Below, one piece after another: positions 52,601-61,059 of a stretch of 61,059 bases of DNA. Below the pieces are notes generated by a model. The model was not told the DNA's origin and did no database searches. It worked only from the letters and a program-made list of their open reading frames with translations. The stretch spans positions 27,630,465-27,691,523 of the forward strand of contig NC_068993.1 of assembly GCF_001194135.2 (NCBI RefSeq). Direction: 5' to 3'. Each line of letters opens with the position of its first letter. The stretch's first letter is position 1. This DNA is from Octopus bimaculoides. Lineage: Eukaryota. Both the position numbers and the translations under genes were made by a program.

Positions 52601-54753
52601 GGTCCTGGTGGGAGAGCCCTCGAGGACTTTCTTGCCGGTCTGCTGTGTCTCTCGGGGTCGGATGTGGAGTCTTGCGAAGGGCCAATCACGCCAGGGGAGG
52701 TGATGGAGCCTTTGGCCGACTGTAAAGCGGGTNNNNNNNNNNNNNNNNNNNNNNNNNNNNNNNNNNNNNNNNNNNNNNNNNNNNNNNNNNNNNNNNNNNN
52801 NNNNNNNNNNNNNNNNNNNNNNNNNNNNNNNNNNNNNNNNNNNNNNNNNNNNNNNNNNNNNNNNNNNNNNNNNNNNNNNNNNNNNNNNNNNNNNNNNNNN
52901 NNNNNNNNNNNNNNNNNNNNNNNNNNNNNNNNNNNNNNNNNNNNNNNNNNNNNNNNNNNNNNNTGACGTTGGTCAGAAAGGACCCGGACAAGAGAGACGT
53001 TATAGAGAATTTCAGGCCCATCACTCTGTTAAACGCAGAAGTGAAGATTTTGGCCAAGGTCTTAGCGAAGAGGTTGGCGCGTGTCGCGAATGGTATAGTC
53101 GGGGAGGCACAGACATGTGCCATCCCAGGCAGAACCATTCAGGATACCCTCCATCTTATCCGCTATACCATAGAGAGGGTTGGTAATAAATCTGGCAAAG
53201 GTGGGGCATTGGTACATTTGGACCAATCTAAAGCTTTTGATAGGGTTGACCATCGATACCTGGCGACTGTGCTTTCGCGGTTCGGCTTGGGCCTTGGCTT
53301 CCTCATGTGGTTTATCGCTTTGTACCACAACATTGACTCGATAGTTTGGGTGAACGGTTTCCTTTCGAAGCCGTTCTTCATCAAACGCTCGGTTCGTCAA
53401 GGATGTCCGCTCTCACCGCTTAGTTGGTGGCTCTCGAGCCCCTACTGTAAAGGTTGGGTGGCATTCAGAGAGAACCAGGTGTAGAGGAGTTTGTTACGGC
53501 TTACGCGGATGGTATCACTATCGGCGTAACCTCAGAAGCACGCCTACGCGAAGTGGGTAAGACTATTAAGGCTTACGAGGTGTCAGGAGCAAAGATCAAC
53601 CGGGAAAAGTCGGTCGGCTTGCAACTCGGCACCTGGGTTGGCAAGTCGATGCCTTGAGACAGCGTTGTTGGGCGCTGGACGGAGGGACCGGTTAAGTTGC
53701 TGGGAGTTTGGTTTGAACCAGGCCTCCAGATAGAGAAGAACTAGACGGAGGTATTGAGCAGGGTGGCTGCACTAGTCAAGACCTGGTCTTGGCGGAGTGA
53801 ATGGCATAAAGAGTGCCGTAAGGTCCTCTTGCTATTCCGGCGCTCGGGCAACGCCAGCGGTGGGCGTTCCACACGGATTTTATATAGTGGGTTGGTAGAG
53901 TCTGAATGCGACGATGGCCTGGGGGCGACTCTAGGTCTCGGGTTTATTCAACTGGACAGTCTGTTTCACCGCACATTCGGGTTGAGAACGTTGGAGAACT
54001 TCCAAAAGTCCTTAACCTGGCAATGTTACAGAGGTGCCTTGCCCGTTTGGGATAAGCTCGCAAGACACGGTAAGCGTCAGTCGCCAACCTGTCCAAGATG
54101 CGGGGGAGACAGGGAAACCGTCCCTCACGCTATTGTTCAGTGTCCGGAGATATCTGAAATGTGGGCTTATGCTGAACACCTGTTGTCCGGCGAAGGAAGA
54201 GTACAACTGTCGACTGAGTCAATTATAAAAATTGACCCACTGGGAGTTAAAACGCCCGGTAGGTCAAACGAAGATAAGAATTGTTTTCTCACGGTTATAG
54301 CAATAGCGAAAGAGGCAGTATGGAAGACGAGGAAAAAGGAATTAAGACAGGCAATTTTATCTCTGGCCACAATTTACGATCAATTTTTACTTTTCATTTG
54401 AAAAGGAAGGTGTGGCTGGAGAAGAGACGTCTGTTGGATTGTACGTTCCAAAAGAGATGGAAGTATGTTGCACGAGTGTTGTGCGTGAAAGAAACCGTGT
54501 AAATAGACGAATAAAAAAAAACAAAAACATACCAACGATAGATCGGGGCTTGTGGGGTCGGAGCGTGGCCTGATCATCGCTTCATCTGTATTATCCCTGT
54601 ATTGTTAATTTCATTCGATTTTTTGTATATTTTATTTAATTTTTAAAAGTTACATTTTATAGTCACAAAAGTCACAAAATCATACCGATTTACTGATCCC
54701 ATCATTTGTTCTGTCCATTTCTATGTTTAGCCCCAGGTGGGCAATAAAGAAAT
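49613..54753 (+). mobile_element. Near full-length Tx1-clade (L1-like) LINE, degenerate; gaps 50402-50668 and 52733-52963
   Basis: ORF1 with CLLCIQLGHIRRNC knuckle; APE (INVRGL, ATET, AIYAPN, LLGDFN); RT (NFRPITLLN, LDQSKAFDRVDH, VRQGCPLSPL, AYAD); C-terminal CPRCG...ET..H...QC. Confidence 0.9.
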
Positions 54754-54772
54754 TGGTATTTCGTATGTCTTT

Positions 54773-56507
54773 ATTGTTCGGGTGAATGGTTTCTTTTTGA
54801 AACTGTTCAGCATCAAGTGCTCAGTACGTCAAGGACGTCCCCTCTCTCCCCTTCTGTACGTATTGGCTTTTGAGCCTTTGCTGCGGAGGTTGGAGGGACT
54901 GGGGGGCATCCTGCGTGATCTAGGTTATAGGAGGGCGGTCACGGCGTTTGCAGATGACATCATTATCATTGTGTCCGAGGTGGATCACCTACAGATTGTG
55001 GGTGAAACCATCAAGGAACACGAGGTGGTGGCATGAGCAAAAATTAACCGATAAAAATCAGTCGGCTTGTAACACGGCACCTGGAGAGGCAAGTCGATGC
55101 TTTCCAACAGCTTCGTGGAGCGTTGGATGGGAGGGCCGGTTAAAATGCTAGGAGTTTTGTTTGGACCAGACCTTCAGATATAGAAGAATTGGCGAGCGAG
55201 GTGACTCACCTAACTTAGGCCTGGTCTGATCGGTGGTTATCCTTGATAGGAAGGGCAGAGGTCGCAGAGGTGTTTATCGCTTCTGTATTTACCTACCGCC
55301 TAACCGTCGTGTCTTGTCCCGTTTCCTGGCTAAACAAGTTGGAACGGCTCCTTTTCTGCTTTTTGTTGAAGAGTAATGGTCTGCTTGTGAAGCACTCTGT
55401 CTGCTACCAACACCCGCTAAAGGGTGGCAAGGGATTTGATTGTTGATGCGCAAATTAGCGCTCCGACTAAGGCATCTGTAGCTCTACCTGGAGGTGAATA
55501 GATGTAGTCTCTGTTCGTCAGATGGCTTTCTCCTAGTTCACTAGCTTTAGTGAACTAGAACCATGGATCCAACATTGACCAAAGTCCGACGAGTGGCACA
55601 TGGAGTGCCGACAAGCACTTTGGTTTCTCTCTCGCACGGGCAATGCCAGCGGTGGGGTTTCTACTTCGTTCTTTTATAGAAGGTTGGTAGAGGCGAGGAA
55701 TGATGATGACCTGGAGGAGACTCAGGGCTTCGATGAAAATCAGTTAGCCAACCTGCTCCGAAGAACTTTCGGGCCATGGTCTTTGGATAACTTTCAGAGA
55801 TCTCTGACCTGGCAATGTGTACGAGGTACGTACCAGTTCGCGATAAACTCGCAAGATATGGTCACTCCTGCTCGCCCATGCGCTCAAGATGCGAGGAAGA
55901 CAGGGAAACCGTTCTGCATGCGCTTTGAAATGGCCCAAAATTACAGAAATGTGGGTTTACGTCGAATATCTGTTGTCACGACTGGGAAGAGTACAGCTGT
56001 CTTCCGAGTCGATCATAAAAGTTGTTGCCCCTTCCTCCCTTGACAAAGAAGGTAAGGCTTGTTTTCTCACTATAGTAGCTATTGAGAAAGACGTAGTGTG
56101 GAAGACCCGTATGAAAGGAATCGTGACAGGCACTTTCATCTCCAGCCTTGGGTTGGTGAGATTTCTCACCTTCCACCTGAAAAGGAAAATAATGGTGGAG
56201 AAGGAGTGCCTGTCGCCGGACGTATATAAGAAAAGATGGAAGGATGTTGTGAGAATGGTGGGAGTGAATGCTTCCACTTAAGAGTATCCATAAAGTTTTT
56301 TCAAATGTAGCATTGGAGGATCGGGGCTTGCGCGGCCAAAGCAGAACCCACCCCCCACTTGATTGTTTGTATAATTGTTCGTCCCAATCATTCGATTTTA
56401 TTATATAAATTTTTTATCGATTTTTTCATATTTGTGTTTTTCATCCTGGCCCCAGACTATTGTATCGTTCCCTCTATGTTTGGCCCTCTGTGGGCAATAA
56501 AGAATTT
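54773..56507 (+). mobile_element. 5'-truncated Tx1-clade LINE (RT C-half to 3' UTR)
   Basis: SVRQGRPLSPLLYVLAFEPLL, AFADD, FHLKRKI..EK; ends GGGCAATAAAGAATT. Confidence 0.88.
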
Positions 56508-56527
56508 AGAAATCATTAGCATGCCAG

Positions 56528-59500
56528 TTGGTGTCGAGTTTTTGTTCTTTTTACTGTTAATATTTGTTTGTTGAACTGTTATTACATTGGTTGTTTGGAA
56601 CAATTTGTTATCTACCGAGGGCAGACTTGTGTTGTTTTGAAACCAAAAAATAAAAAGGAAAAAAGTATGAATCACCTCTGAAAGTGCGTAATGAAACCGG
56701 TCTCTGCACCAGTTTTGGTCCTAGCACCAGCAGAACCGCCTTGAGAATGTAATTAAGAGACATGCCAACGGCGGAACAGTTTGTAAAAGGAAGTGTTAAC
56801 TTCGCCCAGGCAAATGAAATAGAAGAGCGTGACATACAATACCGAGGCTCTTATAAAGAACCGAGGATCTTATAAAGTTTAAAGGAATGACTGAAGGGGA
56901 GGGGAACGAAGCTAAGGTTGCTCCTCCCAATGAAGTGGCCCACAAGGCACAGAGAAGCAAGGTTATTTATAAAGGTTTCTTAATTAAGCAAAAGAAAAAA
57001 AGGTTGGATATAGCATCCAGAGCATCTGTGGAGCTCTACTTGAAGCCTGAGTGGTGAAGCATCACATATATAACAGTAGGACAGCGTTTTGCGATGATTG
57101 AGGTGCCTTTTCAATCGGAAGAATAAGCGAAGTAGGCATCTACCAATCTGCTGAAAACAGCAGAAATTGTTCTACCCACGTATCTGGAAAGACGCACTTC
57201 CAAGATCTGGGTGGGAAATATACCATCAGAAGTGAACCCTGCTTGGCTAGTAGTGGCGATCACATAGGGCTTGGAGGACAAAATTATGATCCTCCAAGCA
57301 CAAGCTTCAGAAATTAGCGCGAGCAAAGCCTCGAATTATTAATTCAAGCAGCCCCTGCAGATCTCGAAAATATAATCGAAGTAATTCAGGTAGGGGAAGT
57401 GAAGTCACGAGTAATGGTCGAGGGGAAGAAGCCTCGATGCTTCAAGTGTGGCCAAAGGGGCCACATAAGATCTGAGTGCAAACTTCTCCCCCCCCCCCAC
57501 GAAAAAGAAACTCCACCTGAAAAAGAAAACCAAGAAGAGGCGGAAAGTGAGAATGCAACAACTGAGACGGAGAGTGAAATGGAGCGATAACAAGAAGGGG
57601 GTGGGAAAGAGTGGAAAAAAAGGAGAAAAAGGAAAAACCTGTCCACCCCCAATAGTCCCACACGCAAAAACCAAGAAGAGAAGAAGAAAAAATACATACA
57701 GAGTCTAGAACATCTGCCCGGCCCAAGTCCCACCCAACCCACGCAGACATTAACTATATGGCAGTGGCATCACGAAATAAAACACTGCAAGAGTTAAGAG
57801 AATCAAAGGATTCCATTGACATAACACATAAATTCGAAAATAGGATTCCCAAAGATGTGTTAATTTATTCAATAACTAGAACTAATAACAATCTGTTCAA
57901 AAAAGAATATGAAACAAACATTGAGCCCATAGGGCTCTTCCCAAATTTATGAGAGCCTCACCAATAGTACCCCACAAGCCCCGGAAGAAAAGGATCGTGA
58001 AGGGGTGAATATTTGAAAAAACTTTTTTATGGATATTCTTAAGATTGGATGTAATGTGCGCGGCCTAAGGATATTATAGTTGCTACAGAGTCCAGGCTGA
58101 GCAATCAGAGGGGTTTCTCTCCCCTCCTAAATGGCTACGAGAAGTTTATTTCTCCATACCAACCTGGAGGTGGGGGAGGTGTTGCTGTGCTGTTCAGAAA
58201 AAACCTGGGCGTTGAGTGTAAAACACTTTTTAGGCTGGTCGTCGTGGATGTGACGTACAACGGCAAAACTTTCAGGTGGTGTCGGTTTACGCCCCTACAG
58301 GGGCAGGAAAAGCTGATTGTTTTCGAAGGCATGGATTGCGTTAGTTCGAGTACTGTTAGAAGAAGATATCAGTGTTTCATAAATCTGCTTAGCCGTTTTC
58401 AGCTAGCAGATAGGTATAGACTAGACGACCCAAACTCTCCATTGTGGACGTAGATGAATAGCGACGGGTCACCTAGATCCTATCTAGACAGGATGCTAAT
58501 TAGGGAAGTAGATAAAAACTTAGTCGTCCACATTTTCACGATGTCAGCTACAGCGACCACAAATTTGTGGCCTGTAAGCTTGATTTAGATAGGGTGCATA
58601 GAAAGGGAGCCGGCTACTGGGAACTCAATAAATCTCTTTTGACTCATGAGGATTACAGGAGTCGGATTAGGCAGTTAGTTTCGAGGGCATTGTGTGGAAC
58701 CTTTGTAAATAACAAATGGTGGTAAGCCCTCAGAAAAAGCCATTAGATTTGAGTCCATTAGGTTTAGTAAAGAATTAGTAGCTAGGAAAAATATAATAGA
58801 AAGGGCCTTAGTTAAGGACTTAGATGAATCACTGAGATCTGGTTCCGCGCCCCGAGTCTTGGCTGCGAAATTGATTCTGAATCAACACCTCGAAGCCAAA
58901 TACGAGGGGTGCGTAGTCAGGGCTAAGCAACGTGCTGTAGGACAGGAAGGAATCAAAGCCGCTGGTTGGGCCCGTGTGACAGAGGCCCAACGTGATAATA
59001 AAAATTATATAAGGTCTTTGACGAATGATCAAGCGAACTTGATAAACGAACCCGAGGAGATGTGCAAGGTCTTTCAGAAGCATTTCGCACTGCTTTTCGA
59101 GGGTGGCGGCAGGCCGGAGTGTAAGAGGGACCTACGGACTTCCTCGCTGGTTTGCCGCGTCTCTCGGGACGGGATGCAGAGTGCTGTGAAGAACCGATTA
59201 GAGCTGCGGAGGTTGAGGAGGCTCTGGCAAACTGCGGCAGGGATAAGTCTCTGGGACTAGATGGTCTTTCCTACGAACTTTACTCTAGTATGCCAGACTT
59301 GTTTGGGCACCTACTGGCCTGAGTCTTCAGGATCTGGCAGCAGAACGGGTTTATTCCCAAATCTGTGACCCGGAGAGTGGTGACGCTGCTTAGAAAGGAC
59401 CCAAATAAGGGGGATAGTATAGATAATTTCAGGTCCATCACTCTGCTTAACACAGAGATGAAGATTCTGACCAAGGTGTTAGCAAAGAGGTTGTCACGGG

Positions 59501-59588
59501 TCATCGATGGACTCATCGGGGAGGCACAAACGTGTGCCGTTCCCGGCAGATTCATACACGACAATCTCCACATTATACGCTACACCTT
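56528..59588 (+). mobile_element. 3'-truncated Tx1-clade LINE (ORF1, APE, start of RT)
   Basis: VLPTYLERRTSKIWVGNIP; KPRCFKCGQRGHIRSEC; CNVRGL; YLDR; DNFRSITLLNTEMKIL.KVLAKRL...EAQTCAVPGR.I.DN. Confidence 0.88.
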
Positions 59589-59642
59589 AAATTCCTCTAC
59601 TTACATAATATCGATCTCTCTTTCTTTTGTTGTCCTTTCTAT

Positions 59643-59644
<2 letters not shown>

Positions 59645-59676
<32 letters not shown>
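59645..59676. repeat. (TA)n microsatellite
   Basis: About 16 TA units. Confidence 0.95.
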
Positions 59677-59679
<3 letters not shown>

Positions 59680-59840
59680 TTTATGTATATATTAATATTA
59701 TCTCAGTTTTAAAAAAAAACCTTGACAATGTAAATATGTTAATAGTTACCATGGGTAGCAAAAATTACACAAAAACACCAGGATATCACACCCGTTTTAT
59801 AGGTAGAGATACCAAGTTAAAGTGATGCATTTTGAGTAGA

Positions 59841-61037
59841 TATGAATGATAACAATAAATGGAGCAAAACGCATATAAATAAAAGTTCCTTTAATTCCTA
59901 CATATGTTTCAAAATATATGCATACTCTACTCCAAAGAAGTAAGAGCTGCTGAATAATATCTGAATTATATCTACTTCTACATCCACTGCCACTTGTCTT
60001 TTATTTTCCTCTTCTATAGTTGATTAAGTAATTTCCTTCCCAGTAATGCTACTTGAGTTACCTTGTACCACTAGTTACCTTGTCTTAATATACCCGATCT
60101 TCTCCTTGTAAGCATGTATATTGTTATTATTTCTCAACAAAATATCTTGTACCTTGTTCTTCTATTGATTTGCGTTAATATCCGTATATTAATATATTAC
60201 AAGGTAATGATGTTTAATTTATCATGTTTACATTCTTCACTTCAAATCAGTATGTTATTAATCTTAATATTTTTAATATATTCTTAAACAATATCTATTT
60301 CTGCCTCAATCACAACTTGTTCTTTATTTTCCCCTTCTACAGTTAGTTAAGTAAATTCTTCCTACTAATGCCACACTGGTTATTGTTCGTACCATTGGTA
60401 ACTTCATCTAAATATTTCCGATCTTCTCCTTGTAAGCGTGTACATTATTATTATTATTATTATTTCTCCACTATATATCCTGTACCTTGTTTTACCATTA
60501 ACTTACGTCAATATCCGTATATTAATATGATATATTACTAGGCTATGATGCTTTATTTATTTTTTATATTTACTTTCTTCGCTTTATATTAGTATGTTAT
60601 TAGTTTTTTCCTTAAGGAGAAAATTTTTTTATATTTCATGAACTCTCTTGATTCTCTCCCTTCCTCTACTTTGGACTTAGCAATTAGCTTACGACTTTAG
60701 TTTACTTTACTGTGATCTATTTTGCCCTCCTCCCCCCATTTTAATCATTTAATTTAAACCTTTAGTATAGCGTTTACAGCCCCCTCCCTTTATAACTCTA
60801 TGTAAACAAGCGTTCTTACTTCTAACGGTCACTTACTTGGCCATGTAATATTATAACTCGTAAGTTACCTCATCATTTCGCATTTGTCTTGCTTCTATAT
60901 GTTGGTTCCCTAACGATGAATATATGTGCAGCTCTTACTTCTTTGGAGTAGAGTACACATATATTTTGAAACATATGTAGGAATTGAAGGAACTTTTATT
61001 TATATGCGTTTTGCTCCATTTATTGTTATTATTCATA
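59841..61037. repeat. 110-bp inverted repeat (59841-59950 / 60928-61037) enclosing a diverged ~320-bp tandem duplication
   Basis: The arms differ at about 4 positions; 60010-60290 resembles 60330-60600. Confidence 0.85.
60902..60987 (+). ncRNA. Type I hammerhead-like motif with a G5A core change
   Basis: TTCC-CTAACGA-tg aatatatgtg...cacatatatt tt-GAAAC-ATAT-GTA-GGAA. Perfect 10-bp stem II base, palindromic tetraloop on stem III, GUA triplet. Confidence 0.65.
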
Positions 61038-61059
61038 TACATATATATATATATATATA

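Overview
AT-rich (animal) genomic DNA with dense microsatellites and six assembly gaps. The repeat landscape looks like a coleoid cephalopod, probably Octopus; this is an inference. Most of the window is decayed transposons: Penelope-like elements, RTE, Tc1/mariner, hAT, Ty3/Gypsy, R4/Dong-like and Hero-like RLE LINEs, Tx1/L1 LINEs and three tRNA-derived SINE families. One host gene can be reconstructed on the minus strand. It has a TATA+Inr promoter, a signal-peptide exon (46320-46278) and four symmetric phase-1 exons, each encoding one PAN/Apple domain; its 3' end was not found. The most striking unexplained structure is at 47.9-59.6 kb, where four Tx1-type elements, one apparently ORF1-only, lie head-to-tail. 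The short spacers between them match the tRNA-like head of a SINE and include a 13-bp motif seen three times, which suggests SINE-targeted site-specific retrotransposition. Three hammerhead-ribozyme-like motifs linked to Penelope-like sequence are also visible. No rRNA, bona fide tRNA gene or CRISPR array was seen.
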